From Massalongia carnosa (taxonomy: Eukaryota): a stretch of 64,000 nt of DNA. The notes beneath the pieces were generated by a model. That model did not search any database and was not told the origin of the DNA. It saw only the letters and a list, made by a program, of their open reading frames with translations. The DNA lies in the NCBI GenBank assembly GCA_965645245.1, contig OZ287068.1, forward strand, positions 1,240,001 through 1,304,000. Direction: 5' to 3'. Shown in pieces: positions 12,870 to 25,199 of this stretch (position 1 is the stretch's first letter; each line of letters starts with the position of its first letter). The position numbers and the translations under genes are program-made.

Positions 12870-15365
12870 CTACGACCCGTCGGCATTCCCGTCGTAGATA
12901 CCACGGCTGACTTTTGCCGGGTTTCCTGCGACAACGGTAAATCGAGGGACGTCCTACTATTATTAGACACGCTGTCACGCTTCATTGAGGGGCAGAAGCC
13001 GAAGCAGTACATACCTGATGCAACAAGCTACCCGCTCCAACGGTGCTACTCTTCCCCACCCTCACACCTGCCAGAATAGTTACGTTGCATCCAATCCAGC
13101 AGTCTTCTTCGATGACAATATTCCGCCCAAGAGCCTGGCCGCCACTGCCCATCCTCCGCCGGGGATCGATAGGGTAAGTTGCGCAAACAAGCCGGACATT
13201 GGGGCTGAAGATACATCTTGCGCCGATCGTCACGGCGCACGTGTCGGAGATGCGGCAGTCGGCGCCAATTAGAACATCATCCCCAATGGTGATATTATAA
13301 CCATAGTCACAATGAAATGGTGCCTCGACTACCACACGCTCGCCCACGCTGCCAAAGGGCATAGGGATGCTCATAGATGGAGGGATTGATTCGGTACCAT
13401 TGCTTAGAGGTATCGGCTCTGGAGTCGGGCGTATACCAATGATTGCCTTGAACAAACGTGCACGTTCCTCAGGACTTGCTCCGTGGGATGGGTTTGTAGC
13501 GTTGTTAAAGCGCCAGATAGCGGCAATGCACCGTTCGCGATCCTCGACAAGGGCCGGGCTGAAAGGTAGGTAGTAGTTGCCTTTCAGCATCTTCTCTCGC
13601 TCAGTTAGCTCTACACGCCTATGTGGAGAAGGTCGGAGGGACGAAGAATGCTGGAGCGCAGCTTGTGCTGCTGCCTGAACGTTGTTTTGGTTTGATGTTT
13701 GAGATGATGGCATAGAGTACTGAGACTGTGACGAGTTTGTCCGGTGCACGGGTGCCGGGGGGTGCATGGAGTTTGGGTCCTGTACTTCATAAGACATTTC
13801 ATGCACTGAACCGGTGCGTTGGTCGGTTTCGGGCTGATACTTCGAAATGTGTGGAGGGTTGCTTGGATACGGTCTTGCTGCCTTGGTCCAAGCAGACTTA
13901 GGGTGTATGTTTGGGGGACTAGACTTGGAGTTCATTTCACGTTCTTCATCCACTAGGATTGGCTTCACCCGATCCCCATCTGACGCCGGATAATGACCAT
14001 GGTGAGGAGGTGGTCCTGGATATTCGGGGCTCACTTCTGAGGAGTAGCGAGGATGGTATGGAGGTGCTCGATGAATCGGAACTGGGTAGCCATGCTTTGA
14101 CTGAAGCGGGATAGGCGCTTTTGAGTCGGCGGGTTTCTGCCATGTATTTCGCATCGTATATCCTTCGCAGACAAATCCACCGCGAAGGCAGTTGTTACCT
14201 GAGAAGATGGTCAGCCATGGCACAACATGTATTTCTCAAGGAAGCTAGAGTCAGCAAGGCACCTGGTTGCTCGACTTGATGGGTTAAGGACCATTCAGCC
14301 AACAAAAGAACAAGAACGAAAACGATAAACACCATGGTACTTACATTCCGGATGCTGCTCATCACATTTCTTCTTTCTCCTTCTGCACGTCATACAGCCT
14401 GTCTTAGTCCTATTGCTGAAGACCCTCTTCCTCCGTTTCCTATCCATATCTATTCCCGACTGGGAGCTTCTGTTTGTACCATAATCCCCGTACTGCTGAG
14501 TATGTTGGTCATCATCGTCTTCCGGACTAGCGAAATTATCGCGTGAGCCCATTGCATCGTAGCTGCGGTTCTCGCGCTGTAGTTCTTCAGCCATACGCGC
14601 CTCCGAATAATAAGGTCTGGGCGGAGCAGGTGCAATACTGGCAATATTGGGGTCTACTCGCTGATCGTACTCGTTCCTGGTCATCTGGTGCCGGTCCGGG
14701 CGAGGATACAAATCCGGAGGATGGGGTTGCGACTGCTCAGGTGGAGGAGGATATGTGTGTGGGGGGCTGGCAGTAACGTGATCACGGGTCTGACCGTTTT
14801 CCGTACCGTAAGCCCGTGGCCTTTCTGGGCTATTGGGGAGGGCGTGGCTATGGTAGGTAGTGTTGCTATTCATATTGTCGTAGTCCTCAGAATATGACCG
14901 CTTACGTTTCTGAGGACTTGTCGTGGCCGTCTTAGACTGCTGACTACTGGGAGTCCTAGAATTGCTGCTTGCATAATGAGTCTTAGGCTCTTCGTTACTA
15001 TCTTGTCGTAGTGCAGAGTTAGGATTGGCGGTCGAAGGTGGGACCGAAGTAGGAACTGAGTCTGGACGATCTATTGAAGAATGCTGTGCTGGGGAAGGAC
15101 GGCGTTCTTGATGGCTTGTTGGTTGAACTGGCCGTGAGGGAGCCGGCGACCTCGCCCGTCCTTGCTCATTGGTGGGCCTGGTAGGTCGACCATTTGCTTC
15201 ATCTGAAGTGTCTCTGTGCGCCTCATGACTTGGCTTTATTTTCACGGGAGGAGCTGGTGGTGTAGTCCCGTTGACCGCGGTGAACGACGGCCCGGACTCG
15301 GCGAATTGATCCGCAGTAGATCCACGAAAGCTTTCGGGTATATGATTTGAGGCGACTGCTGCCAT
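12870..15365 (-). CDS. Zn2Cys6 cluster protein fused to a C-terminal maltose/galactoside O-acetyltransferase-like (LbH) domain, 2 introns
   Basis: Spliced CMTCRRRKKKCDEQHPEC|NNCLRGGFVC. C-terminal EREKMLKG, VEAPFHCDYGYNI and hexapeptide repeats. Last exon DVPRFTVVAGNPAK ends at TAG 12872-12870. Confidence 0.9.
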
Positions 15366-18255
15366 CTTCGAAAGTGATAATCCACTAAAGCCCGAGCCAA
15401 GAGGCTGTCCTGAATGCGCCTAAAACAGCAAGGATTCGACCAAGAATTGGCAAGCGCTGCTAATTTATTGCCAATTACCTTTTATTTTATCAATTGAAAG
15501 GAGTGAATGCGATCGCTCGACCCTGTGCACCGTCCAGGCGAATTCGTCTAACGATTTCCACCGAGTTCCTCACCAACTTGCTCTCTGAACTTCGAGGTAG
15601 AGTTTGGACACTATCGGCACTCGGCTTGAAGTATGATGATTGTGATAAAAGGCGTGTTGGAAAAATTAAGCTTAGGACTGGAGGTCAAAGACTGTTGCAG
15701 CAAATTGGATTCTCAAGGAAGGATATCGAAGGGAACGGGAAAAATTATGTTGGGATCAGAAAAAGACTGTCGGTTAATGCAAGTGAATCATCGCACACGC
15801 TAGGTGTTTTCACGCAGTTATTGTCTATAAGGAAAGGTCGAGTGGCCTGAAGGCTACGCAATCTTCAGAGAATTGCGAGGAGGGGGAGAGAGGAAAGAGA
15901 GACCCAGGGGAACGGTAATGGTTTATGGGAAGAGAAGACTACACCGGAGGATTGGCGAGAGAAGGCGGCTGTGTAGTCGCGGAGGCGGGCGTGTGAACAA
16001 GTAAGTTTCCAGGCCCGCGTGATTGGTGTTGTGGGAGTAAAAATACCAGCAGCTGATGATTGGATAAGACTTTTCGGGCGCTTGGAATCTTCACAGAAAG
16101 CACTTGCAGGATTGCAACACACCAGGGGCAGGGGTACAAGGATTGAAGGCTTTCAGTACGTCAGAGAACATCCTCGTGTCGAATTTCAAGTGGTTTGGTC
16201 CTGCAATCAGACGTGGACAGACACCACCTACTTATATTATTCATGTGGGCGGCAACTTTGGATGCTGGGTGAGCTACAACTATTAGTTTGTGGTATTTAA
16301 TGGCACAATCACCCGGCTAACATGACGGCCCCTCAAGAAAACCACCCCTCGCCTCCTTCGGGCAATCAGCACTAATAATTCTATTAGCGTGTACCATCTC
16401 TCGGCCATGTCATTCGCAGCGATGTGCGAAGAAGCTCCTGGCAACGGCCATCATTCATATCATTCTGCTGAAGCAGGATTTTGAAGCTAATAGGACTATT
16501 AGCGTTGCAGAGCTCTCGAACTTTGAAGGGAGATTTTTCAGGCTAATAGCATGTGGCTAACTATCGCACATTATTAGCTTTTGGGGTGGGAGGGTTCCGG
16601 GTTTCCCAGGAGAACCGGGCTAGTAGGATGGCTGAATCGCCATATAGATTTTGCTCGAGTGCGATAGAGGAGGGATGAACAACTTTATCGTTCTTTATGA
16701 ATCACTTGTAACCATGCGCATTGTACGCTGAAACATGGCTGTGTGGCTTGGCCTGAGCTGTGAGATATTTGGAAGACCAAGACAGTTCCGTACCGCGACT
16801 GCATTGATGGAACAAGGCCCCCCTATTTGGGCCGGGCCAGATTTCAAAGCGAGGACGATTGTCACCTGCCGCGCATATTAATCACCACACGCCTGCTATC
16901 TCATCCGCGATTGCGTAACTTGTGTGTGGTATCCATGCAGACTGGAAGGTCAAACTTTAATGGCCATCCATCCGCCAAACTACTCCCGGTAAGGTCGTGT
17001 TTTTTGGGCTTTGCCTGCAGATCAAAGATTCAAATGGCGGCCTGCGCTTATTGCGCCCTCAATGATCTTTCGAGCGTCAAATCCCGGACCGCTCACCCAA
17101 TCGTTCAGTGAGACAACGCCAACCCACTCGTTGCATTAGTGGCGATTGATCATCCTCGGTTCTTATTCCGTATACCGAGTTCAGGTGGACAGAGTGGTCA
17201 TACTTCAGCTTACACATGTTGGTTGTAAAGGAAGCTGCAATCCTCAAGAAGCAACCGATACTGTGGCACAGACTAAAGCGTCTGTTGGACCGAGGATTGT
17301 TTGGGAAAGCCGTCCACCTAGATGGTAAAAATCTCAAGCCGCTTTAACCACACCCATTGGTTTGTCCAGGTGAACTTGATAGAGGAGCAGCATGCACCAC
17401 CAGGCCATCCTTGCACTTTTTTAAAAATTATGGTTAGTCACTGACAGACAAAGCACGCCGTCCTCATCACGCATCATCACCGGATATTTTAGCAAGCTCG
17501 TTCATACTGTTCACACATGACACAGTTTGATGTGTGGTCTGGGTTGTTTTTGTCTCAAGTACTATAAAACAGCTACCCTCAACCCCCCAGCGAAGGATTT
17601 AGGTCTTCGCCGCAAAAATCAACTGTTTGCGGTGTTTTAATCCCATGGTGGATCCTAAGAAGTTCCTATATTAGAATAAATGTCCCTTGCAAATCAACTT
17701 TAATTCACTTGCTGAGACGGTGAAACATCATACCATGCATGTGGCCTGGCCGAGAAGGATTAATGGCGTGTTTTATCATGTGCGAGACCAATGGCGCTTG
17801 TTGCGGTATCTAGGTGGGTTTACCGCCCCAAGGAAAGTGCAGAAAGAGAAGGATCAAACAACATCACTCATGTTCCATCTGATACAGTACAGCGTACAGA
17901 GTATGCGGATGAAATCCTTTGGCGGCTCTAAGCGCTCTCATCCCGTGTACTATTGAAGTTGGAGCATGGGCATCATTACATCAAGATTTCGACGAAGACT
18001 GACTTGAAAGCTACTTTTTTCTTATTTCAGCAGGATCATACCAAATGATTCAATCTCAAACCCCTAAGCGTAATGGTCGATAAGCCAAGCTTGAGGTAGA
18101 TTCACGGTTCCCTTCTCTCCCAACATGCACCTATGCTTCACTAAAGCCGATGAGCTGCACCTTAAATCAATTGATCAATCTGTCGTTATCTGCGTATTTC
18201 TAGCCTTCACCATTTTACTTTGTATCGGACAATTTTTATTCTGGAACACTCCACG

Positions 18256-18289
18256 ATTTGACAGCCACATTCATTTGACAGCCACATTC
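18256..18289. repeat. 17-bp perfect tandem duplication
   Basis: ATTTGACAGCCACATTC twice in succession. Confidence 0.9.
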
Positions 18290-19081
18290 AGACGTTATAA
18301 GATGTTAACATAATCTTTGCACAAACAAAGGGGCTAGTTTATACTCTGAACAATGTATCTGAAGCTACAGTCTAATATCTTCGTCCCATCGCTCTGTTTC
18401 TTACTCTAGTTGGTTCTAATCGAGGGTTCGTTTCCGAGGAAAGGTGGCAATACCTAGGGAGAAGCGGTAGAGATCACTAATGGTAGCAGCTTCAGACTGT
18501 GGACCCGGCCCAAACTACACCGGACCTTTCCCATAACTATCATGGCTATACGGAATAAAATCGTTGTTAAATTTACGGGGATTTGTTTGTTTGGACAATA
18601 AGAACGTTGAGTGATCCAATAAAGTAGGTTCTCTCCACCAGGCCTTCAGGGTTCTTGGGGTAGATTTATCAACCCAAGATGAGCAACCATATCCAGTGTA
18701 AACTACTTCTATTAAAACACTGGCTGAGCACGTTCATGGCGTGCTGTCGTCGAGGTTGACTCGGGGCGTATAAACAACCCCTGACTCAGGGCTTCTTACT
18801 CGTTTGCCTGCCGGTACCGGCATGGGCTTCACCTCCTAGCAGAGCTTAGTACGGTACCACACGTATGGGAACGTACACTAGGAAGGTATTGAAGATATTC
18901 GAGATTGCTTGTCAACGGCTATAATACTCTAGCATAGAAGACGCTTTAGCCGGTGAAGAGTTGAGCAGCAAAGGCATTAGGCTATCTTCGCTGGAATTCA
19001 CGTTTTTAATATTCTTATGTGTCAAGTATTGATAATACACAAACAGAGTTCGAGGTTTAGCTACTTCCTTTCAATATGCTC

Positions 19082-19864
19082 TTATGCTGCTAGACCGGTA
19101 TTTTTGCGAAAAGAGACCTTTTCAACGGCAACATTTTCCACCCCGTGTGGATCTGTCTTCAGCTGGTATACATACAAGACAAGTACATCCCCTTGTACCT
19201 ATCACATTTGTCAGCAATACTCTATCCCAGCTAGGGAACATAAACATACATCCATTAGACAAAAGCTCGGCGTAGGTTCCTCCCCATTTGCCCACCATCC
19301 CGTGCCTAACGCACCCGTTGCGCTGCCAGGATTGACGAAGAACTTTCCTTCCAGCTCGTATGCCTCAAACTTGTGGGTCCCTCCCCACAAAAGCACATCC
19401 ACATCCATATGCCGGGCCGCTATCAGTAAGCTATCAGCGTCCCCAGGCGGTATGATGGTGTGTCCATGCGTGAACCCTATTCTCAGTGAACCGTGCGTAA
19501 CCACTTTGGAGAGGGCTAAGTTCGGCGCTTCAACGTCGAAGTCACCTTTAACAATCTGGAGGTCGGGTGCGATCTGGCGGAGGAAGTCGTAGGTTTCTTT
19601 GTCGGTCAGGTTGCCCAAGCAAAGGATCTGGCCAATTTTGCCAGGAGTGAGAAGCTTTTTGAACTATGTAGGTTGACATTCCAGTAAGCCATCAGACCAG
19701 AATCAGGGGTTCTGTTGTAGGGTGTACTTTTGCCGGTATATCCTGAAGCACCGAATCAGTCTACCTATACTTTGCGCGAGTGAGGATGGATGGTGTGCTT
19801 CTCATACAGGTGCGCGGTCGGGTATGAATAGATCACCGAGCACCAGCACTAATCTGGAAGCCAT
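19082..19864 (-). CDS. VPS29: retromer subunit Vps29, multi-exon
   Basis: MASRLVLVLGDLFIPDRAP, KIGQILCLGNL, VKGDFD, THGHTIIP, FVNPGSATGA and PSFCLMD|VQGD motifs; stop TAA at 19084-19082. Confidence 0.95.
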
Positions 19865-20527
19865 TGCGATAAGATGTCCTCCTCATCGAGTCCCTTGATT
19901 CCTCCTACTGCCCTCCAAACCTCAACTCGCCCTCAGTGAAGGAGCTAGAGGAGCAGAAATATCCTAGAAACACGTTCGTTTCAAAGGAGGTTAGTATACC
20001 TTGCTGTTTTTTGTTAAAACTGGAAAGATAATTTAGATTGATAAAGTTAATTGACGTTTACGAAGTTCATGCTCTGAGCAGAAATATTACATTTCTGTAA
20101 AAATATCCTTGTTGGAGGCGTCACCACGGGGTGGAGATGGCACAGGTTTGCCCCAGGTCTTCAACGACCCTGAAAATAGGTACACTTTTCCAGATTGTAA
20201 ACCTTATAAACTACAACGAAAAGGCTCTACTTTAGCGCCTACCACAAGTCGACTTCTCTACGTACCACAGTAGCACCTTCGAAGTGAGATCATCTTCCGT
20301 CAATCCGTTCCCTCAACTGCCGAAGACCCCTCATATCATTAGCCCTGGCTCCCCCACGCTCACGCGCAAGACTGAGTCTCATCTCAAGGCACCTGGAAAA
20401 TATACCATTATTGGAGCTCAACACCCCATTCTCTACTGAAAGACAATCTGGGAAGCCGGACGACGTGGAGTACATTCCATTTGGAAGACCGGTTTCAGAT
20501 CTAAAGGACGTGCAGGAAAGCAACAAG

Positions 20528-21792
20528 ATGTCTAATCAGCCAGAGCACCCGTCTCTGCTGATTCCAGGGCCAATTGAATTTGACGATGAAGTGCTTCAGT
20601 CTATGGGCCATTACAGGTGCACAGAGAACAGCGCGCCAATGGGTTACGGCAATTTTGCTAACCCTACATCAGCGAGAGCCATGTTGGTGCCCCTTTTGTC
20701 GCTGTATTCGGCGAGACACTTTCTATGTTGCGAAAACTCTTCATTACTTCCGACCCCTCGTCGCAGCCGTTTGTCATCTCCGGTAGTGGTACGCTCGGGT
20801 GGGATTTGGTAGCTGCGAACCTTGCCGAAAGAGGCGACGAGGTCTTGGTTCTACATACAGGATACTTTGCGGATTCCTTCGCCGATTGCTTTGAGACTTA
20901 TGGCGTCAAGGCCACTCAGTTGAAAGCGCCCATCGGCGATCGCCCTCAGCTACCCGAAGTCGAAAAGGCGTTAGGGGAGAAGAAATATAAACTGCTTACT
21001 GTTACGCATGTGGATACCTCTACGGGGGTGTTGAGCGAGATAAAGGCCCTGTCAGAACTTGTGCATCGAGTTAGCCCTGAGACTCTTGTTGTGGTCGATG
21101 GTGTTTGTAGTGTTGGTAGTGAGGAAATACGATTTGATGAGTGGGGCCTTGATGTTGTCCTAACAGCGAGCCAAAAAGGCATCGGTTGCCCAGCCGGTCT
21201 CTGTATATTAATGTGCTCAGGGCGAGCCATTGAAACCTTCAAGAACAGAAAATTACCGCCTGCATCATATTTTGCTTCTTTCAAGAACTGGTTACCAAGT
21301 AGGATTCCCCCTATGGCTTACCGGACAAAGGTTGGGAGCTGACTATCTTCAGTCATGCAAAACTATGAAGTTAGAAAGCCCTCTTATTTCGCAACTCCCT
21401 CCCCTCAGCTCATCCATGCGCTTCATACAACCCTAACTCAAATATTAACACGCCCATTATCGGACCGCTTCGCTGCCCATAGAGAGACCTCTCAACGTAT
21501 AAAAGCAACCGTCATGTCCCTAGGGCTCAAGCAACTTGCTTCGAGGCCAGAAAACCAAGCTAATGGTATGACAGCAGTGTATTTGCCCGATGGCATACAA
21601 GCTCCGGAGATACTCCCAAAATTACTGAAAAGAGGCGTCATTTTTGCCGGCGGGCTGCATAGGGACATTGCAGCAAAGTATATTAGGTTCGGCCATATGG
21701 GAGTTAGTGTGACGGATCCTAAGAGGGGTGATATCGACCGAGCGTTGGAGGCGCTTAAATCGGGATTGGCGGAGGTGGGTTACGCGCCGTGA
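20528..21792 (+). CDS. AGX1: alanine-glyoxylate aminotransferase (class V PLP enzyme), 2 introns; possible CUG-initiated extension from 20345
   Basis: LLIPGP, SGSGTLGWD, THVDTSTG, VDGVCS, ASQK (PLP lysine), YFATP and IRFGHMG motifs. Confidence 0.93.
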
Positions 21793-22004
21793 GAAGACGT
21801 TATGCTTGTAAAAGTAAGTATGAAGGACTATGTTATCAGCATGAACTTAAAACCAATCGATCGGTTCTTATTTACACTTTATGTCAGAGATATGCCCAAT
21901 AGATTTCTTCTTTTCTTCGTAATTAACTGAAAATTTCACTGAAAACTACCTTAACCTAGAATCAAAAGACGAACGAAACGCTGGAATAGAATCAGGGCTA
22001 TTTA

Positions 22005-23064
22005 CGGAGGATGACACAGGAAGTTCTGGCTAGCGTATTTTAGCTTGCATTAGCTTCCGCCACTAGACAAGGGGGTGGTAAAATTTTTAAAGAAAGGTTC
22101 TCCGGGCATCAAGATATAAAATGCTTCATTATTTGTAATTTATAGTTGATTTTAGTTGATATTTGGTAGCTATCATCATCATGACTCGTCCTCAAGATAA
22201 CACACTGACTCTCGCTCAAAGACTTCAGGCCTTGACTCTCGTAGAGCATGGAGTATCAGCCAAAGAGTAGAGGAAATCACTGAATTCTCGACGAGATCTA
22301 TCAGTCATATCAAGAAGAAAGCAAGAAGCAGAGGATATGATCCCGAGATCTCACGAGTCTTGAAGATAGAATATGTAGAAGATGCACCTCGTTCAGGCCA
22401 ACCTTCTAAAGTAACACCTGCATTGGAGGAGGCTATATTGACTGATGTACGCAAAGATCGAAACGGAAGGGAAGATCGTCCAAACACGGTGGTTCAAGAA
22501 GATAAGGCCCCCTGTCATACCTCCAAACATCAGGATATGGTGTTTATGGACTTTCGAGTGCTTCGCTTTTTGTGGCCTGGCAACTCACCTGATCTCAATA
22601 TGATTGAACCATGCTGGCCTTGGATGAAAAGACGTACGACCCTCCTCGGAGCTCCACGAAGCAGACGGGAGGCCGAAGTAGCATAGACTGAATGTTGGGA
22701 CGAACTATCGCAGGAGCAAATACAAAGCTGGATATAGAGAATGCCTCGTCACATACAGACTGTCATTGAGTTTGAAGGAGGAAACGAGTACAGAGAAGGA
22801 AGAACAGGAGGAAGGGTACGACCTTACGATGCTGAGGAGCGGCGCAGTCGATATCTGCGTTCAAAGAGAGGTCCTACTGAAGATGAGGAGGAGTGGGCCA
22901 ATGTAGACTGATGAGGAGGTGGATAAAAAGGTTAAAAAGGAGTAAATAAAGGAGTAAATAAAGGAGTAAATAAAGGAGTTTATCTTCGTAGGGCTGAGGC
23001 CCTTGTAGGTGGCTTATTTAGCGTGCATATTAGCGTCGGCCAGAACTTCCTGTGTCATCCTCCG
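22005..23064 (+). mobile_element. internally deleted, non-autonomous Tc1-like (DD34E) DNA transposon
   Basis: Perfect 26-bp TIRs CGGAGGATGACACAGGAAGTTCTGGC (22005-22030 and 23039-23064) with TA on both sides. The HTH region (APRSGQP) is joined directly to QEDKAPCH...SPDLNMIE. Frameshift and premature stops are present. Confidence 0.93.
22936..22979. repeat. 12-bp tandem repeat (AAAGGAGTAAAT) about 3.7 copies inside the Tc1-like element
   Basis: Read directly. Confidence 0.85.
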
Positions 23065-23265
23065 TACCTAAGGCCAAGGGTTTTGAACAAATATTAGTAA
23101 GCGCTCGCTTAGCGTTACAAGGGGATTAGCCAGGCACGTCTGAGGTCCCCACCAGATGACTACTTAGGTCATGCTCACAATTCCTCCGAACTATAAGCAA
23201 AGAATCATACAGATGAGTATGAATACTTGTCTAAATTCCCGAAACTGGCGATCGAGCTCCGCAGC

Positions 23266-25030
23266 ATGCTTCAGGATGACGAGGCAGAGGCCGTGAATGC
23301 TCCCTTGATTCACAACGAGCATGTTTTTCCCGATAATTTCCAATCGCTACAATGCGACTCAGCCTCTCCGAATGCGTTCATATGGGCGCTAACACTTGCA
23401 GCTGGCATAAGTGGTCTCCTTTTTGGCTATGAGTGCGCTTCCTATCCGCATTGATCATTCGATTAATGCTAATTAGTGGGGTATCAGCACCGGCGTTATA
23501 TCCTCAACTCTAGTTTCCATTGGCCCTAACCTCTCTCTCCCGCTGACGACTCTTGACAAGAGTTTGATTACGTCTTGTACTAGCCTCTTTGCTCTCATAG
23601 CCAGCCCGGTGGCTGGGATCCTAGCGGACAAACTCGGTCGCAAGAGGGTTATATTGGTGGCAGATATTCTGTTTATCGTCGGGGCGCTATGGCAAGCTAC
23701 TACGACGAGTGTGTCCGGAATGATTGTGGGAAGAAGTATAGTTGGTCTCGCTGTTGGGGGTGCGAGCCTGGTGGTTCCGCTGTATGTCGCTCTTTGTATG
23801 CCCCAAAAACCTGGAGAATGGGGGCTGATACGTACATGATAGGTACATCTCAGAGCTCTCGCCATCAGCTTTTCGAGGCATGCTCGTAACACTGAGCATC
23901 CTATTTATTACCTTAGGCCAGGTAGTCGCATATATGGTAGGATGGATACTGTCGACGAAAGCTCAAGGATGGAGATGGATGGTTGGCTTTGGTGCGGCAC
24001 CGGCTGTTCTTCAGTTTGGACTACTGGTTGTATTGCCAGAGACGCCAAGATGGTTGGTGAAGAATGGGGACACACAGCTTGCGCGGATAGTGCTGGGAAA
24101 GGTTTATGGTAGGATAGGCTCCGCTGCTGAAGAGGTATTTCAAGCTATAGGCAAGGAGATCTCCGAGGAGGAGGCGGTAAGTAAATTGACGTATATTTCT
24201 CCACGTGGAGCTGGTTCGTGGACGTGGTACAATCAACTACAAAACTCCTTGAGCGAACTTCTCGGCATTGGTGGAAATAGGAGGGCTTTGATAATTGCGT
24301 GCTTGCTGCAAGGCTTGCAACAACTATGTGGCTTTGTACTACATAACATCTTGGAAATCATTTGGCAACACTAACAAACACTTTGCAGAATTCGCTCATG
24401 TACTTTTCTGCCACCATATTCGCTCTCATCGGATTTTCCTCTCCAACACTCACCGCTCTCTCCATCGCCATCACCAATTTCACCTGCACCTTGATCGCGC
24501 TACTAATCATCGACCATGTTGGCCGACGCCGCATTCTCCTCTCGTCCATCCCGATAATGGCAGGAGGATTACTCCTATGTTCCATCTCTTTCACCTTCCT
24601 CTCCCTCTCTTCCACCACCCTCCACATCGCCAAACCACCACCAACGAACGCCTCACCTAGTTTCTGGGCCATTCTGATTCTCAGTGCCATGATCATCTAC
24701 GTCTGCGGCTACGCCATCGGGCTAGGCAACATCGCTTGGCAACAAAGCGAGCTCTTCCCCCTCTCCGTGCGCTCCCTCGGGTCCGGCCTCGCCACAGCCA
24801 CCAATTGGGGCAGCAACTTCGTCGTGGGACTGACCTTTTTGCCTATGATGCAATATCTCACCCCGGCATGGACGTTTTTCATCTATGCCCTTGTTTGCGT
24901 CCTTGGCTGGGGCTGCGCGTGGCGGATTTACCCGGAGACCAAGGGATTGGGGCTAGAAGATGTGCGAGGGCTGTTAAAGGATGGATGGGGGGTGAAGGAA
25001 AGTCTTGCAAGGGTGGAGCGGGGCCGTTAA
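23266..25030 (+). CDS. MFS sugar-porter, myo-inositol transporter-like, 3 introns
   Basis: ISGLLFGY, DKLGRKR, GRSIVGLAVG, PETPRWL, LQQLCGF|NSLMYFS, WQQSELFPLSVR and PETKG motifs. Confidence 0.92.
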
Positions 25031-25199
25031 ATGGCCTAATTTTCTAGGAAAGAAATCTTTACCATCTTTATCAGCCGCCCTGACTCTCACATGCATTTTT
25101 GCAGGAGCTTTCATTAGTTGATCCTAACGAACCCCCTTGGCTGGGAAAGTGTCCAATCGGTTTTTTTTCTCCCCTTTTCATCGACTCAGCCAATCAGGC

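Noticed and set aside
18517..18533. GGGAAAGGTCCGGTG on the minus strand, resembling RNase P CR-I
   Set aside because: Spacing differs from the consensus and I found no CR-V partner at the expected distance.
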